The notes beneath the pieces are model-generated. The model ran no database searches and was not told the DNA's origin. It saw nothing but the letters and a program-made list of their open reading frames with translations. This document shows, one piece after another, positions 29,892 through 39,773 of a DNA stretch of 64,000 nt (positions are counted from its first letter, which is position 1; the number at the start of each line of letters is the position of its first letter). The position numbers were made by a program, and so were the translations under genes. Source of the stretch: Candidatus Hodarchaeota archaeon (GTDB lineage: Archaea; Asgardarchaeota; Heimdallarchaeia; Hodarchaeales; Hodarchaeaceae); contig JAEOTC010000086.1 of the NCBI GenBank assembly GCA_016840035.1, positions 1 through 64,000 of the forward strand. Reading direction: 5' to 3'.

Positions 29892-31349
29892 TTATTTCCA
29901 ATTTCTTGTTCGGACAGTTCTCCAGAATATAGCAAGGGTAATAAGAATAGGAAAGAGGGTTAATGATGTAACTGAAGATGTTGGAGGGTTGGATGTAGTC
30001 TGATCAGAATGTCCGATTGTGGTTGTTGGAGAATTTATCGAAGTCTCTGGATTATCTAGTTTAATATATTCAATTTTCCCATCAATCATAGTTAATACAA
30101 CTTCTATGTTCCGGATCTCAGTTTCAGCTATATCTAAAGGATTTTCTGATAATATTACGAGATCAGCCAACTTTCCAAAGCGAATACTTCCTTTAATATT
30201 TTCTTGAAATGTTCCATAGGCTCCATCAATAGTCAAGGAACGAAGTGCCTGTTCAGGTGAAATTGTTTGATTGTACATGAAATCTACAGGAGTCTGATTT
30301 AATGTTCCTATTCGTGTAATAGCCGAAGCCATTATCCCAATAGGAGTTCGAATATCTCCCAGAACATAAGGGTAATCAGTGCTTCCCATGAGATGTACAC
30401 CCTTAGTAAGTAGATCTCTCCACCTTCCAACTAACACTGCCCAATCTCGACCTATTACGGGTTCAATTCGGTCATTCCAATCAGAGTTGAACCATGGGAG
30501 CTGAATACAGCCTAATATTCCTAGGTCCGCTAATCTTTGAATTTGATCATTTCTGAGTAGAACTAAGTGCTCGATACGGTGGCGAGAGGAGTTTGTATTA
30601 TTGCCAATTACAGCACTGTATGCATTTAGGACAATATCTGTAGCATTGGGAATTACACTATGTATTGCTATTTGAAATCCCAAGTCATGCGTTTCTTGTA
30701 CAAGCTGATACATTTCAGATTGATTGATAAAAATTACTGGTTCACGATACCATCCATCCGCGAATAGTTTCACACCAGCAATCCGTAACCGTGGACTATA
30801 TTCATAACCAGGAGTGTAAGCTTGATACCAGTCACCAAATCTATCAAACCCGTATCCTAGGGGAAGATAGCAATTTACTCGAACCTTTAATAAATTCTCA
30901 TTATCAACTGCTTGAAGCTCATTCAAGCGATCCTGATTTACAAATAGCTCTGAAATACTAGTCCACCCATAGGAAACTAAGGATTGCATTACATCATTGA
31001 AATCGGTTATATTGGTTAATCCTCGATCTCCTATCCAGTGTGAATGAGAATCTATAAACCCTGGTACTAAAGTTTGGCCTTTTAAGTCAATTAATTTGGT
31101 TTCAGAATTTGAATATTGAAATGCTTCTACCTCACTTCCAACTGCACTGATTATGTTTCCCATTACAGCCACTGCATCTGCATAAGGTTGATTTGCTTCC
31201 ATTGTTATCACCGTACCATTATAAAATATATAATCTAGGACTGGATCTTGTAAAGGTAGGCCTTCTTCCGATGAGAGTTCTATTGGGGAGAGAGATATTG
31301 TTAGAAAGCTCAGAAAAATCAGGAAATGTAATAAATTTCTAGTTGTCAC
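29892..31349 (-). CDS. Secreted, membrane-anchored YtcJ-like amidohydrolase
   Basis: PGFIDSHSH, KLFADG, RHRIEH, GSTDYP, GKLADLVILS; signal peptide and Thr/Ser linker-TM-basic tail. Confidence 0.88.
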   Translation of the reverse strand: MTTRNLLHFLIFLSFLTISLSPIELSSEEGLPLQDPVLDYIFYNGTVITMEANQPYADAVAVMGNIISAVGSEVEAFQYSNSETKLIDLKGQTLVPGFIDSHSHWIGDRGLTNITDFNDVMQSLVSYGWTSISELFVNQDRLNELQAVDNENLLKVRVNCYLPLGYGFDRFGDWYQAYTPGYEYSPRLRIAGVKLFADGWYREPVIFINQSEMYQLVQETHDLGFQIAIHSVIPNATDIVLNAYSAVIGNNTNSSRHRIEHLVLLRNDQIQRLADLGILGCIQLPWFNSDWNDRIEPVIGRDWAVLVGRWRDLLTKGVHLMGSTDYPYVLGDIRTPIGIMASAITRIGTLNQTPVDFMYNQTISPEQALRSLTIDGAYGTFQENIKGSIRFGKLADLVILSENPLDIAETEIRNIEVVLTMIDGKIEYIKLDNPETSINSPTTTIGHSDQTTSNPPTSSVTSLTLFPILITLAIFWRTVRTRNWK

Positions 31350-31456
31350 AACTTAGAATAGGAAGCTGCATACCTCATAAAGGTAACTTCTATCAACACT
31401 TTGCTTGAATCTCTTAATGATTTTTGTTATTAGATAAAGGATACCAATAGACAATA

Positions 31457-32071
31457 TTAATTGTCATATTCGAGTCTTTTAGTATAAACTGCTTTTAAAT
31501 CCTTTTGTAATAAGTCAGATGCATATTCTGAATACAATCTCATCGCATCTGCTTCTAATCGCAACCCATAGCAAATTTTATTCTCTTGATAGTCCGGGCA
31601 GGATTGACATCTGTTTTCTCTTTGTATTGTTCGTCGAATGAATTTGAATGCATAAAAACCCAGAATCGATATCAAAAGTCCACTTATCTTGATAATGAGA
31701 TCTGTTTGTATTAAAAATGCAGAAAAAGAAACAGCTATTCCTATACCGGTACCTGATCTTGCAAACCGTTTGATGAACCGCTTATTTAACTTTAATTTTT
31801 CAATCAGTAGAATTGGAACGAGTAGAACTATTCCTATCAATATATATTGAATAGGGAGAAATGTTAGCTGAAAAATGATTAGGATTAGGAGGGTTAATAG
31901 AAATGAGAAATAAACCAAGCTACATCCTTGGCAAATGTAGAGACCTCCAATTTTCCAAATATGTGCCTGGTAGTTCGAGCATATAGGATGATGTGCAAAC
32001 CTGAAACGCCAAGATAATTCCCATCGTTTAATAAACAATTTTATTGCGATTGGAAAATTTATCATATTCAC
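31457..32071 (-). CDS. DUF2085-like membrane protein
   Basis: HHP.C...ICQGC motif, 4 TM, C-terminal C..CP. Confidence 0.55.
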   Translation of the reverse strand: MNMINFPIAIKLFIKRWELSWRFRFAHHPICSNYQAHIWKIGGLYICQGCSLVYFSFLLTLLILIIFQLTFLPIQYILIGIVLLVPILLIEKLKLNKRFIKRFARSGTGIGIAVSFSAFLIQTDLIIKISGLLISILGFYAFKFIRRTIQRENRCQSCPDYQENKICYGLRLEADAMRLYSEYASDLLQKDLKAVYTKRLEYDN

Positions 32072-32073
32072 CG

Positions 32074-32424
32074 TTATCTGACAGGTGACACTCTAACAGC
32101 TGTACCATATGCAATAGTTGCTGTATTTCCACCTTGACCGATTTGATCGCTATCAAACTTTAATCCAATAATTGCATTTGCACCCATGCGATTGGCATCG
32201 CTGAACATACGATTTATTGCTTGATTTCTCGCTTCGAGAGCCATTTCCGTAAAAGCAGTTACTTCTCCACCACAGGAGGACTGACAACCCGCTAAACAGT
32301 CTCCTCCCATTCCACGACTTCTCACTGTTGCACCAAATGCTAATCCTAAATATTGATCGATTTTATATCCTGGAATCTCATCAGTTGTACTGACTAGAAT
32401 CCTTTCTTGCTGTTGATATGCCAT
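32074..32424 (-). CDS. YbjQ/UPF0145 family protein
   Basis: STTDEIPGY.I..YLG, GANAIIG, AYGTAV. Confidence 0.92.
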   Translation of the reverse strand: MAYQQQERILVSTTDEIPGYKIDQYLGLAFGATVRSRGMGGDCLAGCQSSCGGEVTAFTEMALEARNQAINRMFSDANRMGANAIIGLKFDSDQIGQGGNTATIAYGTAVRVSPVR

Positions 32425-32603
32425 TGGAGTTCACAAAGGTCACAATTTTTGAAATTATAAATAATTTCGGATTCCAGATCCTAGAAGTACAGCTTTTTCG
32501 GGGATATCTGAAAGGAAAAAGATCTTCATGAATTTCGATAAACATTTGAATCATGAGTTATTTCATTGAGGCTAGTTCACTAGAAGAAATCTAGTTTTGT
32601 GAT

Positions 32604-33218
32604 GTGACCAAAATGAATATTAAGTATAATACACGAATGGTTGTCCTTTTAGCTTTTCTTATTGGAGTAACCATTTCATCTATGGTTCTTATTGGGTTTG
32701 GACAATATGTTAATGCCTCTACAACCAAAACTCAATATCCCAGCTATAGTTCAGTTTCTATGAATCTGTTTGTTGAAGGGATTGATGGTGAGTCAATTAT
32801 TGCGGGTCGAGAAAAGTCAATAACTGTTCTAGGTTATTCTCATAGTATTAGTAATCCATATGATTTGTTTACTGGAGATCTTACAAGCAAACAACATTCC
32901 CCTCTCCGCGTAATGAAGCTAATTGACAAATCAACTCCAAAACTTCAAGAAAAATGTGTTAAAAATGCCGTTATCCCTACTGTAACTTTACGGTTTTATT
33001 TTGAACCTGCTGGATTAAATTTCTACACGATTGAATTAACTAATGCCAAAGTAACATCCTTCCAGGGATTTGGTACGATATCTGCTGATGAAATACCGAG
33101 AGAAACTGTTTCTTTCACCTATGAATCCATTAAATGGACTTATACCGAATATGATGATGCAGGGAATCCCAAAGGAAATGTTGAAGCTGAAGACAATTGG
33201 ACTGATCAGCCAAATTAG
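32604..33218 (+). CDS. hcp: Hcp/TssD (T6SS tube) family protein with N-terminal signal peptide
   Basis: GIDGES...REKSI.VLGYSH; KLIDKSTPKL; FYTIELTNAKVTS; ETVSFTYESIKWTY. Confidence 0.88.
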   Translation: MTKMNIKYNTRMVVLLAFLIGVTISSMVLIGFGQYVNASTTKTQYPSYSSVSMNLFVEGIDGESIIAGREKSITVLGYSHSISNPYDLFTGDLTSKQHSPLRVMKLIDKSTPKLQEKCVKNAVIPTVTLRFYFEPAGLNFYTIELTNAKVTSFQGFGTISADEIPRETVSFTYESIKWTYTEYDDAGNPKGNVEAEDNWTDQPN

Positions 33219-33229
33219 GTTGAGTAATC

Positions 33230-33892
33230 ATGAAAATGAAGAATAAGCAGGTATTAACACTCACTTGCCTTCTTTTTGTCTCATCTTCCCTTTTGACTCT
33301 TACAAATGCCCATATAGTTTCATCTGCTGTTTCTATCCTAGAAGTAACTCAGAATGGTTCAAATATCATTATCACTCTTGATTTTAATCTTTCTATTCCA
33401 CCAGATAGAGGAGAAACAAAATCTTTAGTGGTTTTAATACTGTGTCCTCTTATTCCAGAAGAAACAAATAGTTATAGTGGAGCTATGTTGTTTTTTCGTT
33501 CTCCAGATGGAGATAATCGATTATTTTGGATGTTAGGAGACCCTTTTTCCTTTGAAACCATATGGAATTCGGGGAGTAATCCAGAACACTTCAGAATCGA
33601 TCAGAATCAACTTCTATTGGTATTTATAGAAAATATGCAAACCTCACATTCCAACCTTGAGGTTCAAGTTTTTGCTAAATATCAAGAAATTGAACCAATT
33701 TCTGATTATTCAAGCGATTTTCAACCAATTTTAACGTTGTTTCAACCTGATCTAGAATTCCAAAGATTAGAAGTTGAATTTACAAGTTTGGATCAAACCA
33801 CAACTACTACGAGTGATAAAGGATTCCCAGGCCTATTACTTCCTATAAGCATAGGAATCATCGCACTCTTAGGGATAATACGACGAAAGTAG
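33230..33892 (+). CDS. Secreted protein with C-terminal sorting anchor
   Basis: Signal peptide; TTTTT linker, GFPG, TM, RRK; 11 bp downstream of hcp. Confidence 0.75.
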   Translation: MKMKNKQVLTLTCLLFVSSSLLTLTNAHIVSSAVSILEVTQNGSNIIITLDFNLSIPPDRGETKSLVVLILCPLIPEETNSYSGAMLFFRSPDGDNRLFWMLGDPFSFETIWNSGSNPEHFRIDQNQLLLVFIENMQTSHSNLEVQVFAKYQEIEPISDYSSDFQPILTLFQPDLEFQRLEVEFTSLDQTTTTTSDKGFPGLLLPISIGIIALLGIIRRK

Positions 33893-33908
33893 TTTATAAT
33901 GAAAGTGG

Positions 33909-33934
33909 AAAGGAGTAAGCTACCTTATTCCTTT
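33909..33934. terminator. Hairpin between convergent genes
   Basis: AAAGGAGTAAG/CTTATTCCTTT stem followed by T-run. Confidence 0.55.
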
Positions 33935-33940
33935 ATTTTT

Positions 33941-36616
33941 TTACCCAATAAATTCTTTAGAGATCAACGACAATTCTAATTTAAACAGTGATCTTAATGC
34001 TGGAAATTGAGTAACCAAACTAGTAAATAATATCATCAGGAAGATGAATATGAGTGAATTCAATTCAAAAACGGTTTGAAAATAGACCATTATCGGAAAC
34101 ATCGTATTTACAATGACTTCTGTTAGTTGAAATCCAAAGGGAATTCCTAGGATCAACCCAAACAGAGTCAGAATGAGGTATTCTGATGAAAATAAGATGA
34201 TGATTTCTCTATCGGAGGATCCAAGTATCTGCATGGTAAGTAATTCTTTCTTTCTTTCGTGGATATTAAGGAAAACCGTTGTCGATATCGATAAGATCGA
34301 GATAATAATTGCTACAATTATCAGAAGCAGTATTAAAACATTAAATATTTGTAAATAAGCTTTTATTCCTTCTTGAACATTTTCTATGGTTAAAATTGAT
34401 TGAACATCATTCAAAGTATGTAGAAGATCATTAACGACCTGTGATTGGATACTTTTACCATGTGAACTAAGTTTGATGAAGATCTTAGATACCGGTGTTA
34501 GATCGATCCCTAGTTCTGTGAAAAGACTCAATCCTAATAAAGTGCTCATTTTTTCCAAGGAAACATAATTTACGGTTCCCCAAAGCTCTTTTGAGACTCC
34601 ACCTATAGAAATACGGCTATTCTTACTAAGTAATTGTGTACTTGAATTGTAATTAAAGAGATATGAGCTCTCATTAAATTGCTCTTTTAACAAGTTCAGA
34701 GTGAGGTTTTTTCCGTTCTGGAGATAAAACAAACGCAGCCAGAGCTCCTCCTCAAGACTAATAATCCTGGGGTGATTAACCACAATTTCATTTACCTCCT
34801 TCCCTTCGATACCAAGATAATTTACCAATCCTGAAGTAAGTACAATGCTCGATTCTGGATTTTCCCAACGGTCAGAAAATTTCTTATTCCAATTGAAATT
34901 ATGAGTATTAGGGGTTGTGGAATTAAATCCTATTAATACTCCTTCATTTGATTTCTTCATATCTCCAGAAAAGTATTTTACAGGAATTTCCAAAACACAG
35001 TCATAAGTTTCTATCCCATAGGTATCTTTAATTTCCTCTAACTTCCCTATCTCTTGATAGAGAGTAAGATCACCTAATTTTGGTCTTGTAAATGAGACTT
35101 CTAAATCGTAATCTCTTATTTGGCTAAATTCAGTCTCTATCGTGGAAGATGCAGAAATAATCAAGGTAAAGGATAAAAAGAGGATAATCATTGTACTGGC
35201 TGCTCCAATGATATTTGTCAAACTTCTCCAGCCATTTCTGATTGAATTTCGAATTAATAATTTCCAAACAATGTTTAAATGCAATCTATCCAATGAACTG
35301 AATTTTGCGTACTTTCCAATATTTACCATTTTATTACTGTTACTTATGGCTTCTTTTGGGTTTAATCGACTTCCAACCCAAGCAGGATAGAATCCTCCTA
35401 TAATTGAAGCAAAATAACCTAATAAACATGAGTAAATAATAGTAATCTCATCCATTTTTACAGATATATCTGGAATGGAAGAAATAGCACCGAAGAAGCT
35501 AGCTACTACTTGTGTGAATAGCACCCCTACTACAATTCCTAATAATCCTCCAATGGTTGCAATAGATAACATATAAACTGAATAATGGAACAGAATATCG
35601 TTAGGTGTGTACCCCAAGGACAAGAAAACTCCGATTTCATTTTTCTGATGGTAAATGAGTCGATTAAATGTAATAAAAATGGTAAGAATGGCTACTAGAA
35701 GCACAAGAAAGGGTAAAAACTGAGCTATTTCCTTAAATCCATTAATATTGAGTCTTATAAACCAATTAGAGATCTGATATTTTGAGGATACTGGATCAAG
35801 AAGACTAACATTCAATGATTCTGAAATCAACTCAAAATAATCTTCAATTATTTGGTTCTGCTTTTGTTCTGTTGTTTCTGACTTGAATTTCAAGAGAATA
35901 TTATTTACTTTCCCAGTTAGGTTAAACACCGTCTGGATATTGGATAGAGGCATGAAGAAGATCCCATATTGGTTTATTGGGAATATTGAGCCCCACTTAG
36001 AAGGAATAACAACCACATATTCTGGTGAAAAAGCAATTCCTCGCACACTTAGCTCTGTTCTGTCCAAAAAATTGAGATATACTGTATCATTTATTTCCAG
36101 ATTTACTCGTTTAGCAAATTGATTATTCACTATGACTTTGTTTGTATATTCATCCGTAATATTAGGATAACCGTCCGATGTACTAAACGCCTTCCCTTTT
36201 TTCAGAGATAACTGATTAATCTGTTGATCGACTGGCACACTAATATTATATCCAATAACCCTCCCTGGACCCGTAATAGGATTACTCCCCTTGGAGATGT
36301 TATAACTACTTCCCATTATCAACCGAAAATTAAACAACTGGATGGCTGGGTATTCGCTGTGAAAGTCCTCACTGAGTCGTCTCAGAAGACTTTGATTAAT
36401 CCATTGTCCCTCACTGGCTTGAATCTCAAAATCATGAAAATTTTGCTCCTTATAAAATTCCTCGTATGAGTACTCAAGAGACTGGTAACCCATCACCAGA
36501 GCGATGTACGATGCTACTCCGATAATGGTTAAAAGAAGGAGAGAAGTTACTAGTAACTTATTTTTCTTTGAATCTCGAAGGAGGATTCGGAAGAGATGTC
36601 GTGTTATAATTGGCAA
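33941..36616 (-). CDS. MacB/FtsX-family ABC permease (duplicated)
   Basis: Two FtsX segments (QKNEIGVFLSLGY, ERKKELLTMQILG) with large extracellular loops. Confidence 0.9.
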   Translation of the reverse strand: MPIITRHLFRILLRDSKKNKLLVTSLLLLTIIGVASYIALVMGYQSLEYSYEEFYKEQNFHDFEIQASEGQWINQSLLRRLSEDFHSEYPAIQLFNFRLIMGSSYNISKGSNPITGPGRVIGYNISVPVDQQINQLSLKKGKAFSTSDGYPNITDEYTNKVIVNNQFAKRVNLEINDTVYLNFLDRTELSVRGIAFSPEYVVVIPSKWGSIFPINQYGIFFMPLSNIQTVFNLTGKVNNILLKFKSETTEQKQNQIIEDYFELISESLNVSLLDPVSSKYQISNWFIRLNINGFKEIAQFLPFLVLLVAILTIFITFNRLIYHQKNEIGVFLSLGYTPNDILFHYSVYMLSIATIGGLLGIVVGVLFTQVVASFFGAISSIPDISVKMDEITIIYSCLLGYFASIIGGFYPAWVGSRLNPKEAISNSNKMVNIGKYAKFSSLDRLHLNIVWKLLIRNSIRNGWRSLTNIIGAASTMIILFLSFTLIISASSTIETEFSQIRDYDLEVSFTRPKLGDLTLYQEIGKLEEIKDTYGIETYDCVLEIPVKYFSGDMKKSNEGVLIGFNSTTPNTHNFNWNKKFSDRWENPESSIVLTSGLVNYLGIEGKEVNEIVVNHPRIISLEEELWLRLFYLQNGKNLTLNLLKEQFNESSYLFNYNSSTQLLSKNSRISIGGVSKELWGTVNYVSLEKMSTLLGLSLFTELGIDLTPVSKIFIKLSSHGKSIQSQVVNDLLHTLNDVQSILTIENVQEGIKAYLQIFNVLILLLIIVAIIISILSISTTVFLNIHERKKELLTMQILGSSDREIIILFSSEYLILTLFGLILGIPFGFQLTEVIVNTMFPIMVYFQTVFELNSLIFIFLMILFTSLVTQFPALRSLFKLELSLISKEFIG

Positions 36617-36751
36617 GCTCTCACCAAGATTTTCTTTGAGGAAAAACCATATAGTCTTTTTGCAGGATCTAAATTCTTACTTTAATGTATGTGTTCTTCG
36701 GAATTATCGTACTGGGATTAACATAAAAGCTGACCATTAAAGGAGAATTCG

Positions 36752-37537
36752 ATGTTAATGGAAATTTCATTGAAACTTGCGGAGAAAGGGGATGCTAATA
36801 TATTAGCATTAATTTCAAAGAAAGCTTTTGATAGTGATGCCGAAGTTGACGCTCCTGGACCGGGAGGCCCTCCAGGTTATGACTCTAGTTCCTTTCAAGA
36901 AAAAGTAATGAACTTTATGGACTACTACAATATCCTTCTAAATGATACTATTGTTGGGGGGGTTATTGTTGCTGCTAAGAATAGATTTCACCTGATACTT
37001 GAGAGAATTTTTGTTGATCCAGCTTACCATAATAGGGGAATTGCCTCTTGCGCAATGATCGAATTATGGAAAAAGTATCCCAAAGCTCAACTTTGGACAT
37101 TGGGTACCCCAGAATGGAATATTAGAACTCAACATTTTTACGAAAAGCTGGGGTTTAAACAAGTGGGTTGGGAGGTAGGTCCTTTCGATTGGCGAGGAAT
37201 ATGGTTTCAAAAGGAAATGGATCCCTCTTCTCCGTTTATTTTGCAGAAAATCAAAGAATTAAAGAATGGAATGAAAAATATTTCCGTTGAAGGTTTGGTG
37301 AAATCAATTTCTACCACTCGTGATGTAGTTTCTCGTACTACAGGAGAATCCCTTAAGGTAGCTAACGCCAAATTAATGGATAATAGTGGTGAAATTGAAT
37401 TAATTTTGTGGAATGAACAGATCTCTCAATTGAAGGTTGGTGATCGCATAAGAATTGAATTCGGATACATAAAAGATTACCAGGGGGTTAACCAGATAAA
37501 TATCGGATGGTCAGGTAAACTTATTTTGCTGGAATAA
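36752..37537 (+). CDS. GNAT acetyltransferase fused to SSB/RPA-like OB fold
   Basis: FVDPAYHNRGIA and FYEKLGF; C-terminal KIKELK.GMKNISVEG...D.SGEI.L.LW..GY...YQG..QINIG. Confidence 0.85.
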   Translation: MLMEISLKLAEKGDANILALISKKAFDSDAEVDAPGPGGPPGYDSSSFQEKVMNFMDYYNILLNDTIVGGVIVAAKNRFHLILERIFVDPAYHNRGIASCAMIELWKKYPKAQLWTLGTPEWNIRTQHFYEKLGFKQVGWEVGPFDWRGIWFQKEMDPSSPFILQKIKELKNGMKNISVEGLVKSISTTRDVVSRTTGESLKVANAKLMDNSGEIELILWNEQISQLKVGDRIRIEFGYIKDYQGVNQINIGWSGKLILLE

Positions 37538-37624
37538 GATCGACTCCAGATAATAAGACTTAATAGGACTCGAAATCGGTGCTCTGATGAATCTTTATTG
37601 GGTGTGAATTCTCCTTAGTTAATT

Positions 37625-38134
37625 TTGAATTATCTATCACATCTCTACATATCGAATCATTCATTTAAACTATTGAAATTAGGTCTTCCTATGGATGAAA
37701 AAATCAAGCTTCGACCTGGAACATCAGAGGATCAAGAATTTCTTTACAACCTGAAGAAAATAACCCTCAAAGAATATGTATTGCAGGTATGGGGTTGGGA
37801 TGAGGATTTTCAACGTTCTCGCCATAATGAAACGGTGGATCCTAATACTCATGAAATAATTCAATTTTCGGAGGAAGATATTGGTTGTATAAAGATTGAA
37901 GTTCGGCCAGAAACATTATTTTTAAGCGTAATAGGGATCTTACCATCTCATCAGAACCAGGGGATTGGAACAAAACTCATTTCAGATTTAATTACTCGAG
38001 GCCAGCAAGAGGAAAAAAATATTGAACTTCAAGTTTTGAAAGTGAATCGAAAGGCTCATCGACTTTATCAAAACCTAGGGTTTGTTGATTCTGGTGAGAC
38101 TGATACCCATTTTCTGATGGAATATCTTGTTTAA
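37625..38134 (+). CDS. GNAT acetyltransferase
   Basis: ILPSHQNQGIGT, N.KA.RLYQNLGF; likely start ATG 37691. Confidence 0.88.
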   Translation: MNYLSHLYISNHSFKLLKLGLPMDEKIKLRPGTSEDQEFLYNLKKITLKEYVLQVWGWDEDFQRSRHNETVDPNTHEIIQFSEEDIGCIKIEVRPETLFLSVIGILPSHQNQGIGTKLISDLITRGQQEEKNIELQVLKVNRKAHRLYQNLGFVDSGETDTHFLMEYLV

Positions 38135-38153
38135 AAGATCCTGAGGACTCCTC

Positions 38154-38942
38154 ATGAAAATACAGCAGATTTCCAACAAGAATATGAATATGATAGGGGA
38201 ATGCTATAATCTTACTACTTTTGATAAACTGGGTAATCTTGTGCTTACTGGAGATTTATTCCCCCCATGTCTTCCACTTACCGAAATCTACTGTGTTTTC
38301 GATAAAAATGAACTTGTCTCCTTCTTTACAGTATTCAATGGATTTGAAATTCCTTCTGTAGTTATATTGAACTCTTCAGAGAGAATTTATGATTTTATTC
38401 TGCGGAACATCTCTACTTTCCTTCCTAAGTGGTTTGTACTTGTATCTTCCACGTTATCAGAAGGAATCCTGAATAAATACCTTACGATCACTGAAAAAAG
38501 TTCTGAAATATGTATGACAACGGATCTAGATGGAGCAAGGTTTTTAGTGTCAGATCCAACGCTCATTCACGGCACTTCCAGAGAATTAAATCGGATTAAT
38601 AACTTTTATAAAGAGAATGATACCTTTCCTTGGAATCCGATACAATTGGAGAGTCAATTCTATTTTTTTAAGGAGGATAACAACCACATTATTGCCTGTG
38701 GAGGAACTCATTTTGAAACTCCAGAGGTGGCACATCTAGGAAACATTCTTGTCCTTCCAGAGTATCGTCGTAAATCGATAGGTACAAATCTTGTATCTAC
38801 TATTGGTAACAAAATTTTAAAAACTAAGAAAAGAATTTCCCTGTTTGTTGAGAGAGAAAACACTCCTGCTATTTCATTATATCAAAAATTAGGATTCTCT
38901 TCCCAAAAGGATTTCACAATCTTCTCTTGTGCCTTGGATTGA
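38154..38942 (+). CDS. GNAT acetyltransferase (C-terminal FR47-like)
   Basis: VLPEYRRKSIGT, NTPAISLYQKLGF. Confidence 0.85.
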   Translation: MKIQQISNKNMNMIGECYNLTTFDKLGNLVLTGDLFPPCLPLTEIYCVFDKNELVSFFTVFNGFEIPSVVILNSSERIYDFILRNISTFLPKWFVLVSSTLSEGILNKYLTITEKSSEICMTTDLDGARFLVSDPTLIHGTSRELNRINNFYKENDTFPWNPIQLESQFYFFKEDNNHIIACGGTHFETPEVAHLGNILVLPEYRRKSIGTNLVSTIGNKILKTKKRISLFVERENTPAISLYQKLGFSSQKDFTIFSCALD

Positions 38943-39773
38943 GCTGTGATAAATTGATTTTTTCTAACTCTTTGGATAGAGATGGGATAAATGTATTTTT
39001 CCTTTGTTTCTTGGTAAAACGAATAATTTCGATCCGTGTTTCACCGATGAAAATTGGTGCTTGAGGTGCACAATAATTTTCAGATTAATGAGATCAAGAT
39101 TTTACGGGCCCATTGATTTTTCACCCCACCATGTCCATTGGAAGACTGCATTGCCCAGTTTTCTCAACAGAGGTGAGTGAAAATGACAACAATGGTATCT
39201 AGGCCATTTTTCTTCTGACTACAGTGCCTTTTGCTCCGTGTTACATGGATAATTTCTGATAATCTCAAAGAAATTAGTTCTCTTATCTGCAGGCTTGGGG
39301 CAATGTGAAAGTCTACAGAGAGATCAGGGACAAAATAAATTCGAGAGGATACTCTGTATGTCGTGATCCAAGTTATTCATTTTTGGATTTTCCCTAAAAG
39401 CTACGGAGAAGTGAGATAATTCGAGTTAGATTTATATCGTTGCATAAAAGGGTATGAATATAGAAATATATTGATAGATTGTAGATTTTTTCCCTTTGAA
39501 AAGGACTTAGAAGCAGGTTTATTAAATAGTCTGGTGGTAGTTTTGGATTTAAGGAATACTTTGTCAGTTTTTCGTTTTTTCTCTTTTGTTCTTCTTATTC
39601 TTATGTTGGCTTTCTTTACCTCCACGTAGTTATGGTCCAAAGCTGTATATATACTTATCCTTCTTGGTTTCCTGATTCGGAATCTCATCTCTGAATGTAT
39701 AGAAAAATCCACTTGAATCGTTCTTCCTAACTGTCATAATATTTTTATCAATAGACTATTCTGCTGGATTAAG

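Noticed and set aside
32604-36616. Complete T6SS or contractile injection system
   Set aside because: Only hcp is present; the neighbouring permease is MacB/FtsX-type
39219-39380. Selenoprotein via CP-TGA readthrough on the - strand
   Set aside because: No known selenoprotein motif and no SECIS seen
39401-39712. 103-aa Lys/Arg-rich ORF
   Set aside because: No recognisable motif; composition explained by T-rich opposite strand
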